Assembly: GCA_000320545.1 (NCBI GenBank)
Contig: ADNK01000319.1
Coordinates: forward strand, 1-36,449
From: Bigelowiella natans CCMP2755
Taxonomy: Eukaryota > Protista > Cercozoa
Direction of reading: 5' to 3'
DNA length: 36,449 nt
In this document: positions 11,720-23,896 of the stretch, piece by piece
How the letters are laid out: each line of letters opens with the position of its first letter
Numbering within the stretch: the stretch's first letter is position 1
The notes under the pieces: generated by a model
The model's input: the letters and a program-made list of their open reading frames with translations, nothing else
Told to the model about the DNA's origin: nothing
Databases searched by the model: none
Made by a program: the position numbers and the translations under genes

Positions 11720-11927
11720 CTCGCTCTTTGTGTTTGTATTTCTTTCACACGCGCGCACGCGCTCCACACACATATTTTCGAATCATTTGTGATTTTTGTT
11801 CTGTTGGACGGGCCTTATGCTGCGCGATGGGGTCCTTGATGGAGCGTGCATTCAGGCGTTCAACTGTGCTGAAGTCGAAATCTTTCACCGACTGACATCA
11901 TAAACAAATAGATATACATAATATTAC

Positions 11928-11979
<52 letters not shown>

Positions 11980-12321
11980 TCTCATTATATCGTATTATCA
12001 TACAGTGTTACGCCTGTGCGTTTCTGCGTGTGTACGTGTTTTGAAGAGAGTGCGAACGAGTTCGATAATTTCGGTGCCAGAAAGAAATGCGTGTTATTTG
12101 ATGCATCCTTAGTTATAACCATCACTGGGGAACATCTTCGTCATCATGATAGTAATGCCGTGTCACATTTTGGACCTTTGCGTCCTTGATGCATTCGATG
12201 AAACCCCATTTCTCCCCCCCCGGTACCACCGTGTAATGAAGCGCCTATATGGTAAATCACACAGGTCACTGCGACTATCGTGGCAACTCTGATAGATCTA
12301 CGTGCATCAAACACGACCATA

Positions 12322-12378
<57 letters not shown>

Positions 12379-15300
12379 ACCACTATACTAAATGTTGAGG
12401 AAGGAGGCAGAGTACGAATGCCATTGTTATTTCGTACCCCCTTCGACATCATACCTGCGGGACGGTGTGGCCATGCATCCACGAGTTCCGCCAGAGATAA
12501 TTGAATAACTCCATCATTCGGGACACGCCTGGCATCGGAGGGAGGAATAGGTCACACGTCAGGTTGTCTTACTCATCGTAGCAGTTGACATTGAATAAAA
12601 AGTTCTTACATGCGGCACCTCCTATTTTATGATTTCGCATGCGGCAATCGAGGGAAGGGGTGAAGATCTCATGTCGCGCGAATACTACCTGCTGCCCTGC
12701 ATACGGCGTCCGGTTTTATCAATATTGACCGCACTGTGACTGATAAAGAAAAAGAAAGGAGAAGGATGGAGGTGGCCGATGTAAGAAGTGGTTAGGCAGA
12801 GCACAGTGCAACCACACCAGCATCAAGGAGGCATTGGCTAGCGAAAGATAGGTAGGGCTGCTAGAACTGTTGTTTTTATTGGGATGAAGCGAGTGGGCAA
12901 TGTGTGACTTACTACTACGATTTCTATCTGCGTTGGCGCCAGCCTTCTTCGCAGCAGAGGTCACATCCCGATGTGAGAATTGCTGGCGGATCTTATCTCG
13001 TGATCGATTGAAGGCAGCCGTGAACTTGCCGAACATGTGGACGTGGCGATCGCTGGCTGAGCGCCTCAGGTTTTTATCCCGTCTTGGCGACTGGGGCGAG
13101 GAGGTTGGTGTCCCCCCCACATTTCTTCGGCCCTTTTCATCAGCATCCGCTGAGGTGATACCCTCCTGTGGCGAGAACCCCCCCGACGACACCAAGTCCT
13201 CGGGTTTGTACTTTAGCTAAAGGGTAAATACGGTGGCGTTTGATGGTGATGAAGGTGAGTATACTGGGATGCAATTCTCTGGTTAATAACCCTCTTTCCT
13301 GCCCCTCTGCTTCTCTTATCTCCTTGCCCGCGCTTCTACATGCAGGTGGTAAGACCTCTACTAATACTGGCCCGTGGCCAGACGCGAATTTGGTTTTGAA
13401 CACGGCACGATCGAGCAGCCTACGGATGAGCGAGGAGAGGGATTTTGGGATCGGATTCAGGAGGAGGCTTAGGCGAAGTAAGTTGCTATGTGCCTTTTCA
13501 TCGGATCACCAGGAGCGAGCAAAAATTTCGAGGTACAAATTTCTTTCAGTAGGGGCTCCTCTCGTACATAAACGAATTCCACCCATATGCTCTTAATTAT
13601 TATTATCATTATTATAATTGTTATTATTATTGTCATTTTCTGTCTGTACGGTGGAGGGAAAGTAGTTTGGGTTAGCTCAGTCTCTCTCTCTTTCTCTCAC
13701 CGAGCCTTGGCATCCGTTTGAAGGGGGACGTAGACATTCGAAGGAGCTACTATTTGATCCCCCTACGAGAGCAGAGAAGCAGCGGAAGCAAAAAAGCACA
13801 AAGGACTCAATTCGGTTGTATCAAAGAATCGTGCTAGACGATGGGCGCCATGCTGTATTTAGTTCATGAAACTGAAGGTAACCTCACGAACTCACGTCCA
13901 TGATCATGTACGCCGTGTGGGTAAGCGTGTGAGTGTTGTGCGCAGAACTTATTCACAGGCTGCTAAGCTGCGCTGATGCACGATAAAGCATCCGTAATTC
14001 TTTGCGGTGGATGTTCAAATTTTGGCGATCTTAACATGACCCCACATATTGCTACCTGCTTAAGCTCGGGCTCCAATACCTGCGTAATTCATTGTACGTT
14101 AATATGCGTGTGTTGTTGGTCTCGCCACCACCGTGCGGCCCCCTCCTCCTAACCAGCACTTTCGCTATTACTACTAGAAGAGTAAGACCAATACTATAAA
14201 AGGTATGGACTGCTCTCGTTGCTTGATAAGTGGAACAAATTCTACGGAAAAACTTGCTCTCTCCATCTATATTTATCTCTCTGCACGCGGTGTGTGTGTG
14301 TGTATGTGTGTGTGTCCTTCACATACAAATATTTCTACTTCTTCATTGCGAGCTCAAAAAGTACTTTCGTATAGCTACCCTCCCTCTCCCCTCCCCTCTT
14401 GACCCAATACGCAAGCCAGCCATACCCAGTGGTAGTAGAAGTCAGCAGTATTGCCAAACTCCTCGTCTAAAATCCTGAAGGATTCTACTTCGACGTATTC
14501 CTTAGCGACCGGGTCTGGGTTGCTCCTAAAAGTACACGCATTTAATTTACATTGTTACACATATACATGATAGAAAATCCACATGTAAGTGCTGCATGCA
14601 CGCACGCACGTATATGCACCCGCGTAGGAGTCCGTAAACACACGTAATGACTCGATATGTATCAGGCTAATAAGCCATACAACTACTACTCCTTCAAGAG
14701 GGAGACTTCTATAAAATACTATATTTTTAGCGACGCTGTATGAACCCCTAATGACCAGGAGCTTCTGTCCTGCAACGCTGCCAGCTTGCGCTAGGCGAAT
14801 CGCAGAGCAGAGGCAGCCACTCGGCGAAAGAAGGCAATGGTAACGACCTGATCCACAAATACATCTCCATCCTGAGAGCGAGGTCATTCCTTGTCTTCTC
14901 GACGAGTTGCGGCTTCAAGTGTCCGTACTGTTAACATCGTAAGCGCACGAAGATATTTTTATCATTCGGCATGCAGCACGCCTTCGCGCATGTCGCATTG
15001 AACATATTATCCAGGAGCGTGGATTATCGGGTAGAACGATGAGGATGGAATTGGAAACAACCTGAAGCAGGATCGGTAGAAAGAAGCGCACCTGCGCCAC
15101 AGTCATCTTTTGCACGTCTGTTTTCTGTCAAAATATATAAAGTTGGTGTCTGGAATTCAGATTTTCCAGATACGCACGCTCATTCTTTGCCTCCACCCCC
15201 CCCCCCTCCTCTCTGTCTCTCCCTCCCTCCAACCTTCATGGCTCCCATAACTGCCGACCACAAAACCATGTAGAAGCCACGGCGGTCTCCCTTCCTCTCC

Positions 15301-16879
15301 GACCGTCTCTTCACCTTCATAATGGTGCAAAAAATATGATTATCAAGAGCAAGGCCGAGATAACACTCACTCGCAGTGCTATAGTGTGTCGTCTGTGATT
15401 TTTAGTGTATAACCAGGGGAACGCCGGTCTGATGGACTTTCGTTAAACTAAGCTCGAAGGAATTGGCGTGTGGAGGGCGAATTTTTTTCTGATCACGACA
15501 GATGCATCATAAATGAAAATCATTTCCTCATTCATGAATCTGGATCCGCATTAGGTGAAAGAAGAAAAGGTGTGGAGGCAGTGCGGAGGGGGGAGAACGA
15601 GGCGGCTGACACCTTATGTATCTTGCCGGTGTAACCCTTTGAGTATTTCGATCTCTTCACAGTGAAGCAGCAACAACATGTGCTGTACTCGTCTTCGATT
15701 CTGGAAGCGCTCTCTCGCTTATTCTGAGTTGTCAATATATGCCCTTATTTTATTATTGCTATTGGGAAGGATGGTGTTATAAGGTGGAAGAGGAAGTTTA
15801 TGAACTTTAAATGTAAGCCATGTTTCTATACTCATATCCAATTGAAAACTGTGTATTTACCATCCATTCTGGACGCACATCCGATACGACCCGATAATCT
15901 TCTAGAGGGGCGGGCTCATCGACAATTAGGTCTTGTATCGCGTTCAAATTAACCTGCGCTACTATTCTGTTTTTGCTAATGGAGCTGTTCTTATTGCGAA
16001 GGGTGTGTCTACTGCTTTGGCTTGGAGAACGTGTACCGACTCTCTGTAATAAAGTGACACTAGATCAGGACTACTCAATTATCGTTGCTTTCACAAGGCT
16101 AAATTCGATCAGGACCTGCGCTTTATAAAATTTTAAGTTTGTTGTTGTGGATTGCATTGAATAGCAGGATGGATTTCAGAGGGGGGGGTAAGAGGATGGG
16201 AGAAGAAGGCATACTATTACAAACGTTTCTTCACCTCTGAGAGGACGAGTGTTCTCGCAGGGGGGAGTTTTTTTTCGCTTCCAGAGGTGCGGACGGGGAG
16301 TTTTTCTTTCATTTTGCCTGGCGATGTTACTTTGGCTTCCACCTCCGGCAGCTTTGAGGGTTCCGAAGTTATTACTGACAGGAAATAAACACAGTAGACA
16401 ATGGTAGAGGTATGAGAGCGAAATGTAGGAGAAAGAGTGTCAAAATTTGTTTCAGTTCAGTGCTTCCGCCCACGACCATCCTCATAATTGATATCGTCTT
16501 GCCGCTAGGCATGTTCGACTTTGTTTTGATGGAAAAAGTGATGATAATAACCTTGGGGGACTGGAATATTATGTTCCATATTGGGAGAGGCAGCCAGTGG
16601 TGAGCTGCCACTCCTCGATTCTTCTTTGTGTTCTCGTTGCTGGATATTCATCTGTGCCGCTTTTAGCAACTTCTCGCATTTTGGCTCGCTAGTAGAAGAG
16701 GAGGCTAACTTATCTTTCGATGAGGAAGCGATTTCCCTTTCATCCCCCCCATTTTCTTCTTGCATCTGTGTCAGATGAGAAGAAAACAGAGAGAAACCTT
16801 GCGCTTTCTACCCTTTCAAGGGGTGTTTTCTCCCGTTAGCAGCTCACCATTGCTGAGCCTACAGTCGTAAAGATTTTCT
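10146..16879 (-). CDS. Phosphatidylinositol 3-/4-kinase family protein (helical PIK domain + kinase domain), divergent; 5' end uncertain
   Basis: About 20 phase-consistent exons. PIK-like VRFFLPILLQ-YGHLKPQLVEKTRNDLALRMEMYLWIRS; P-loop KFASGHGPVLVEL; ILIKPDAVCRAAGVSRMMELFNYLW; YTVVPGGEKWGFIECI; FLKTVVGGLVAGHVLGLRDRHSDNILISEGYKFYHIDFKH; FLDQCVEAFTVLRR; C-terminal KIKEFVHANSPNLRKKE* (TAA 10146-10148). Confidence 0.88.
11669..11727. repeat. (TC)n microsatellite, intronic
   Basis: Direct reading of the sequence. Confidence 0.9.
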
Positions 16880-16887
16880 CTGTGATC

Positions 16888-16890
<3 letters not shown>

Positions 16891-16931
<41 letters not shown>
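16891..16931. repeat. (AG)n microsatellite
   Basis: Direct reading of the sequence. Confidence 0.9.
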
Positions 16932-16933
<2 letters not shown>

Positions 16934-17536
16934 GACAAAGTGGTGCTTTGGCCCCCCTCCCCTATCTATGGTCCTTTGGGAAGCAAAACGATGAAGAAAC
17001 TCGCTCGTTGCTTTTTCTCCTACATGTACACTCTCAACCCCTCAGAATTGGCACACGTCTTGCATTTGCTCCCGTTACAACCAGTTACATCCTTCGTTTG
17101 GCGTTTTCGGCTCATGTACCATCTTGCGATATTTGCATGTCGCATCCTCCGATTGTAGACCATTACCACTAATCTGAGTAATCCTGGTAATCCCTCACAA
17201 TCTACAAATAGATCTTAGCCAAGCAACTACTTATTATTATTGCAAGGAAGCAATCAAGTGGAGATTTGCAGTATAACATAAAATTTCGTAAGCTATATTA
17301 ATTTAACAAAATGGATAGGGTATCGGCGGAACGACCTTTAATGCTCGCCGCATTCTTCTGTTCTTTCTTCGAGACAGAGCCGCGCGAAAGTGTTTCGATC
17401 AGTTGCACTAGCCGTTTGCAAATGTTGAAGACTCATTGGAGAAACTGGTGATATTTAAGGAGAACGACAACCTCCGGAGGAGTTGAAACACTGTTTTCCG
17501 AGGTCTTCTGCATCGTCCAAGTTGGCTGCAGGACCA

Positions 17537-18793
17537 ATGGCTTCCAGCGGCACGCACCATCCCTGCGGCCCTCCCCACCTCGACAAAGAAAACAGCTTCT
17601 CGGACTTAGACTCGGTGAAATCCACAAACAACTCTAAAGATGCTTCAAGTCTGAAAGGCAGCATAGCAACGGCATGGAAGCGGAAGGGGACGAGCGTGAA
17701 CACAACGATCTCCAATAGGAAAGCTGCTTATCCACTTCGCCGTGCAGCCTCCGACAAATCTATTAGATCACCGCTCTCTCCATTGTTTCAGAAAAATGTC
17801 GGTGAAAAAAGAAAGAACGTGAGACCGCCGCAAAAAGTAGAGAGGTCTGCAAGCGTCGGGTCGCCAGTTGTAGTACTCGACGACAAATCATCCTCTAGGC
17901 TGTCGGAGTCTCCTCTTATTTCTTACAGTCATCGTCAAGACAAAGAAATAGTAAAGGAAATTTTTGAAATTTCTAGAGATGAAAACAAAAATCTAGATGC
18001 CTTTGAAGATGAGAACGCGGACAAGGAGAACAACTTCAACGGTCCAAAGTCGTCTTGGAAGCTTGATGACGAGAACGATGAGGGATATGCCCGTGGAGCT
18101 TCACGAAGTATTTTGGGAGAATTAGAATCTCCTGGCGCGAAGGAATCTTTAATGTCCCAGCAGATATATATCTTGCGTAATGCTATTATAGAGCAGCGCA
18201 ATGATATCCAATCAGTGAAGAACCATCTGATGAAACTGGAGGGCAAATGCAACGACCGGCATGTCTTGCACATGAAAGGCATGATTTCACTTACAAAGCT
18301 TGCACAACAGACCAACGAAACGATGGAATCGATGTCTGAGGAGATTCTCAACGACTCGTCACGTTTTATGGAGGGTACGGAAGGGAGTGGTGGAGCAATA
18401 GCCCCCCCGAATACTCCCCAGGTTCCAAGTAAATATAAGAGAACTCCTCGAAAACTCTTTTCGCCATCTCTTTCACCAGTGAAAGATGGGAATGAAGAAA
18501 TGGATGAGGAGCTGGTCCCTTCCATATCCCAGTTACCACGGGTCGAAGAAGCTTTAAACTTAAATTCACTCAGCCAGATGACCGAAGATAGCGTGTCCGC
18601 CCTGAACATTTCGAGTCATACAGACAGCGTCGCGTGCGTGGAAACTAGCCAAATTAAAAGATCAAAACCATACTATACTTTTCTCGTGGAAACATTATCT
18701 GCGATAGGGGGTGTTGGATTCATATGGATGGGCGTCAACTTCGCCATGGCGATTCTTGATGACAATGAGAGCAACGAAGCATGCCTGTTTTGA
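17537..18793 (+). CDS. Single-exon, largely disordered protein with a central coiled coil and a C-terminal transmembrane helix (tail-anchored-like)
   Basis: Long open frame with first ATG at 17537. Ser/Pro/basic low complexity; coiled coil LMSQQIYILRNAIIEQRNDIQSVKNHLMKLEGK; hydrophobic TLSAIGGVGFIWMGVNFAMAIL near the C-terminus. Confidence 0.75.
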   Translation: MASSGTHHPCGPPHLDKENSFSDLDSVKSTNNSKDASSLKGSIATAWKRKGTSVNTTISNRKAAYPLRRAASDKSIRSPLSPLFQKNVGEKRKNVRPPQKVERSASVGSPVVVLDDKSSSRLSESPLISYSHRQDKEIVKEIFEISRDENKNLDAFEDENADKENNFNGPKSSWKLDDENDEGYARGASRSILGELESPGAKESLMSQQIYILRNAIIEQRNDIQSVKNHLMKLEGKCNDRHVLHMKGMISLTKLAQQTNETMESMSEEILNDSSRFMEGTEGSGGAIAPPNTPQVPSKYKRTPRKLFSPSLSPVKDGNEEMDEELVPSISQLPRVEEALNLNSLSQMTEDSVSALNISSHTDSVACVETSQIKRSKPYYTFLVETLSAIGGVGFIWMGVNFAMAILDDNESNEACLF

Positions 18794-19473
18794 GCAACAC
18801 AGAGGCGTGAGTCACGAGGTAATGTGTTATTAATGATAGTCCGTAAGGAAAAATCCCATGATTAGATGAGGTAGTTCTGGATGCATAACTAGAACTGTGT
18901 TGTGATTGATCACGGAAATGAATGACGAGACTTGTGACAGTGCATCGCAATGATGCTTTGTGTGGCGCACATCAAATGGCTCTAGCTCCATCCCAAGTTG
19001 CAAAGGTGATATAGTGACCGTCATTGCCCGTGGGTGAAGTCCACAGTCTCCATAACTACTTGAAAAGTAGGCCCTGCGTGCGATGCACAGCACATGCTAG
19101 CTAGCATGACAGCGCTTGCATATAAAGCCATGTGCAGGACGACCAATAATAACATTCGTGCGCTATCTACTAGATATTTAAAGATAATCGTGCATAATAA
19201 ATCCCAACGCCAAATCAAGCTAGCAAGTATGCGTTAGATCTAGAGATGTGCACAACGGTCAGAACATGTCTAGCTAGTATATATACGACGTACGATGCGT
19301 AGATGTGCTGGCACTGCTAGACTGCGCATACATGCTAACATGCGCCACAAGATTATACGCGAAGTTGACTAGCTGAATCTAGCTAGCTAGCTAGGCAGAT
19401 TGCTTTTGCCGTACACGACATTCTAGCTTTGCTAGATTATTCGCATCGCATCATATATACATAATGCATGTCT

Positions 19474-19476
<3 letters not shown>

Positions 19477-19513
<37 letters not shown>
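19477..19513. repeat. (AT)n microsatellite in a convergent intergenic region, flanked by (TAGC)n runs
   Basis: Direct reading; TAGC runs at ~19379-19394 and ~19558-19571. Confidence 0.9.
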
Positions 19514-19518
<5 letters not shown>

Positions 19519-19758
19519 CAGCACTGACATGCTAGCATGTGCAGGCTTTAGCTCTAGAGCTAGCTAGCTAGGGTTGGCTAGCTGGCCCTGCTAGCCTCTC
19601 TGCTGGCTGTGCCAACTATGAGTGTACCCCAAATGGTCTTTACTTTGTGGAGAATGAGTATCACCGTGACTAATGAGAACAATCGAGCTCTGTTTACATC
19701 ATGTTCATGCCGCCAGACTGACCTCCCAATGCATTGCACCAAGCACAACTGACAACTA

Positions 19759-20034
19759 CTACTTAAGCACAACTTGCTTTCTCTCATCCCGATACGCTTC
19801 TAGGAAATCACGATAAGTCCTGATGGCACGCTTTGGCCAGCGCCCAAGTACCACGCGTATGTCGGAGTACGCATCGCAGAGGCCGTAGTCGAGATCACAG
19901 AGTTTATCGAAAGAGTCAGCAGCTTTAAACTTCATTCCCTGTCCCCATAGCACTGTAGCTAGAGCAGCGTAGGCCTAGATGATGATGTATTTGAGCATAT
20001 CGGAGAACAAGAAGAAGTACGAAGCACAAACACA

Positions 20035-20090
<56 letters not shown>

Positions 20091-21271
20091 ACGCGATACT
20101 GGAGCCACACTTACGTCAGGATAATCTGGATTTCTACGAATCGTACGCTGAAGCTGCTCTTCTGCTGCTTGATCTCGATTTAGCTCAAACAGCCCAAGAG
20201 CCTTATTCATCATCGGGATCACCTGGTGGTGGATGATAACAGGGGGGACGGGTTGTTCGGTTTGTGGATAGATCGATCTGCATCTCCGCTCTTCCTCCTC
20301 TCTCCCTCCCTCCCTCCCTATGCATCTCTTCATTAATCTTGTCATATGTCTGTGTATGCGGGTGTTTCTGCGTCTACTATGTTTTCTCCCCATTTTATTG
20401 CTGCTTGCTGCAGCTACGATGTTGCTGCTTCTGCTTACGTACAAGTAGTGCGCATCCAACACACCTCAAAGTCCTTCATCCTGGTATCAAGGGTGATTTG
20501 GAAGGCTTCTTCGTATACGTCCACAGCCTGCTCCCATTCTTCGAGTAGGCCGAGAGCATTCGCCTTGTTGTTGAGGGTCAGTGCGTCTTTGTTGTCCCCT
20601 GCAAGAGAGGTCGAGGTGTCGAAATGCTTGATGGCGTCACGCAGAAGTGCCTCCTGTTGTTCGTTCAATCCTCCATTCATCGTCAAGTCCTTACTGCCTA
20701 GTATCAGCTCCGCTGTGCCCAAAAGCGACCAAGCGAACACCATCGCAGGCTTTTGCTCCACTAACATCTTACAGTTCCTCATCACCTTTTCGTAATCACC
20801 TTTCTGGAAAGCTTCGACGGCCTCGTTAGAGAGCGCGTCTATCTTGTCTTTGTCCGGGGCGATTTCAGCTCCTGCCCTACCGGCGGTATTACTCATTAGC
20901 CCTGCCCCCAGTGCCAGGGTGGTAGTTCCGATGATAGCTTCAAGATATGTCCTGCGACGGCGACGAGGAGTACTCAAATGGTTGTTACTACTACCGATTC
21001 CCTTCTCACTGCCTGTTACCAAGAAGGTCTGCTTTACTTTCGCACGCCTTGTCAACAGCAGCAGTAGCGGGGTCAGCAGCGGCTTCGGACTCGCAGATGG
21101 GTGTCGACGTACCTCCTCCACACTGCTGCTGGACGGTGGTGCCCGTTGTTGCGCACTTGGCAGCAAGATTGGGCGTGAGTTGCACCTTCGTGGCGCAAGA
21201 TGGAGATTTCGCATAGATTCTCCACCGCCTACGATGAGAAGAAGCCAGGGAAACATGCTCGCTGCGGCCAT
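19759..21271 (-). CDS. Plastid (probably thylakoid-lumen) TPR protein of the cyanobacterial/plant type
   Basis: Exons 21271-20465, 20222-20115 and 19974-19759, all phase 0. TPR motifs (ALTLNNKANALGLLEEWEQAVDVYEEA; PDYPDAYAALATVLWGQG) and a C-terminal RWP..AI..Y.DFL motif. N-terminal signal + transit peptide, followed by an RR-hydrophobic-AxA segment. Confidence 0.8.
20030..20086. repeat. Compound (AC)n(AG)n microsatellite, intronic
   Basis: Direct reading. The same compound type occurs at ~22047-22126 and ~34576-34653. Confidence 0.9.
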
Positions 21272-21584
21272 TCTTCTTCAGTCCACGTAACCCCTTCAGG
21301 CCACCATCGATGCAGTTGTGAACGGAAGAATTCTTTTTGTTGAATTCGTAATCATCATCATTTTGATCATTTTATTTGGAAATAATTCAAGAAAAGGGCG
21401 TGTTTTCCCCCTGCGACTACGATGATTGTCGAGGCTTTCTAGGCTTTCTTAACGCATAAAAACGCCACAACCTTTCGAATTTTGAGTCATCGGCTCTAAG
21501 GATCGCTTTCTGGGAGCCTCCCTCCTCGGCGCACGCCCCCCCTTCCCCCCCTATCCGTTTTTGCTCCGTCTTGTGCTTGTTCGT
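21272..21584. promoter_or_regulatory. Probable bidirectional promoter (TPR gene / MFS gene)
   Basis: About 310 bp between two divergent start codons. Positional inference only. Confidence 0.45.
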
Positions 21585-22043
21585 ATGCCTACGACTAAAC
21601 AAACCGGGAGTTCACATCGACCAGCATTGTCGGTGGTGGCTCGGCCGAGCGCTTTCCTGTTGCCGATTGCGACGTTGATCTACTGCTTCTCCTACGTCTG
21701 CGAAGAGACACTCCCACCCCTCTTTGGGCCGTCGCTCGCTCCACTGCATGTCATCTCAGGGATTTCTTCAAATGAGTTGGCCACAGTGCCATCGTTGCGT
21801 AGCTTCGGTTCGGTCGTTGGCGGTCTAGTAGGTGGGCTGCTGTTCGACACCGCGCCTGTTAAAGCATCTCTTCCCAACGCGCACCTGGCTCTGATCATCG
21901 CACTGATGACGACGGCAGCAGCGAACTATTACATTCCCTACGCCTCCACAATGATAAGTATGGCTGCAACTGCCCTGGTAAGGGTAAAAAATGAGACTAT
22001 TTTCGAGTTCGGATATGCTCTACCTGTCCCCGCGCCCCACCTC

Positions 22044-22131
<88 letters not shown>

Positions 22132-22871
22132 CCTATATATTTGGAAGACAAAATAAGCGGGGGGTAAAGACCGCCTGCCGCCTACAACAACAAGAAAACA
22201 CGCGATTTTACGTGGAATGTATTGCAGGTGCTTGGCGTGTTCAACGGCTTCTTCCGTGCAGGCGCAAATTGCCTTGTGTTGCGCGTCCATGGAGAAAAGG
22301 CCGCACCTTATATGCAAGCACTGCATCTCTTCGGAGGCATGGGTCGCCTCTTGGCCCCTCTTACCCTTCGCACCTTCCTCGAAGATGAAGGGGTGGGAAG
22401 CGAGGTAGAGGCGGGCGGTTCCCAAGCGCGGATTCGGACAGGTCTCGAAAAGGCCTATTTTGTTGTTTCTTGCCTCCCGATCGGAGCGTCCATATGCCTT
22501 TTTCTACTGTCAATGGGAATGGTGCTGACCAAGAACCAGGGAGGAGGCGCTGCAGGTTGGCTACTAAATAGTGTCTGTCTCGCCATAGTAAAAAAACACA
22601 CACAATAGCGACAAAAACGATGATCATAATAATTTGTAGCGCCAAAAGTGGAAGAAAAGCAGGCAAAGGCAAAGAAGAACAAGACAAGCACTAATAGCAA
22701 GGAACAGAACAGACAGAAAAATAGCACGAACGAGACTAAGGCCAGCAGCAGCAGTAGTAGCAGTAGCAGCGTTGCGTTCATTCTCCTCGCATCTCTCGCT
22801 GCCCTCCTCATGGGTGCACAGGTCAGTTAGCAGCCACAAAATGCATTGGGTATTCCACACAAATATATTCA

Positions 22872-22911
<40 letters not shown>

Positions 22912-23443
22912 ACACACACATACACAAACACATAAATATCACCATCCTAACCAAGAATCATCACGCAGGCGAGCTTCCAGAACTACATACCATCGTACGC
23001 CCTGAGCGTGGGTTTCTCGAGCAAGGACAGTGTGCTGCTGAGTGCAGCGTTCGGTTCAAGCTTTACACTGGGAAGGTTGCTCTCTGTGCCCGTCTCTCTC
23101 AGCGCATCGCCAAGAACTATGGTCTTAGCAGGTAGAAGCGGACATCGTGGAGGGAGGGAATTATAGAAGTACAATTACGAAAAATTCGCACACAATGATG
23201 GCCACGGAATCAACTCTGATATCGTGGTGCCTAGATGTCTGTGGGGCGACGGCGGCGGTGCTGCTGATTGTGGCCTTCCCTGCTTCTCCGGGGGCTTTGT
23301 GGATCGCGACAGGGCTGTTCGGGCTTTCGATGGCGAGTGCGTTTCCGTCCATTCTAAACTTTGCCAAGCAGGAACTCCAGGGCATAAGTGGTAGTATGAT
23401 GCAGCAATACGTTCGGTCAAATCAGTAATACTATCAACTATGT

Positions 23444-23482
<39 letters not shown>

Positions 23483-23755
23483 TATATTGCCTTATGACGA
23501 CGGAGGAAATAGAGAATATGTTCGCTTTTTGGTTGGTTGCGATGGTTGACAACGCTCATTTGCTCCAAAAAAATGATGAAAGGCACCGGAATAACGATGG
23601 TGATGCAATCGGCCTCCCTGGGCACTGTACTTGCGCCCCTCTTGGTTGTGTGGGGCGGGGGGAGCGGGGACGATCAGAATGGTTTCGTGAAAGTCATTGT
23701 TGCAATGATTGTCGCAGCGGACGGCACGTTCTGGGCGCTCTACATGGGGTTGTAA
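21585..23755 (+). CDS. Major facilitator superfamily transporter, MFSD4-like
   Basis: Six phase-consistent exons (21585-21977, 22228-22555, 22640-22820, ~22968-23131, ~23235-23390, ~23583-23755). Multiple TM helices; GSVVGGLVGGLLFD; PYMQALHLFGGMGRLLAPL; FTLGRLLSVP; LFGLSMASAFPS. Confidence 0.85.
22047..22126. repeat. Compound (CT)n(GT)n microsatellite, intronic
   Basis: Direct reading of the sequence. Confidence 0.9.
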
Positions 23756-23854
23756 TAGCAGCCCCGCGGCTCTAATGACCAGTGCGCTTAAGACATGCGT
23801 ATCTAGGTATACCCGCCTAATATAGATAGAGAATCGCTGATCTATCAGGTATCC

Positions 23855-23896
23855 ATTTGTACGAGGCAGTTATGAATTTGTACGAGGCAGTGATGA
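23855..23896. repeat. 21-bp tandem duplication
   Basis: atttgtacgaggcagttatga / atttgtacgaggcagtgatga (one mismatch). Confidence 0.8.

Noticed and set aside
17935-18609. 224-aa minus-strand ORF
   Set aside because: Ser-rich antisense shadow of the plus-strand gene.
18776-18793. C-terminal CaaX prenylation motif
   Set aside because: The protein ends C-L-F-stop, with only two residues after Cys.
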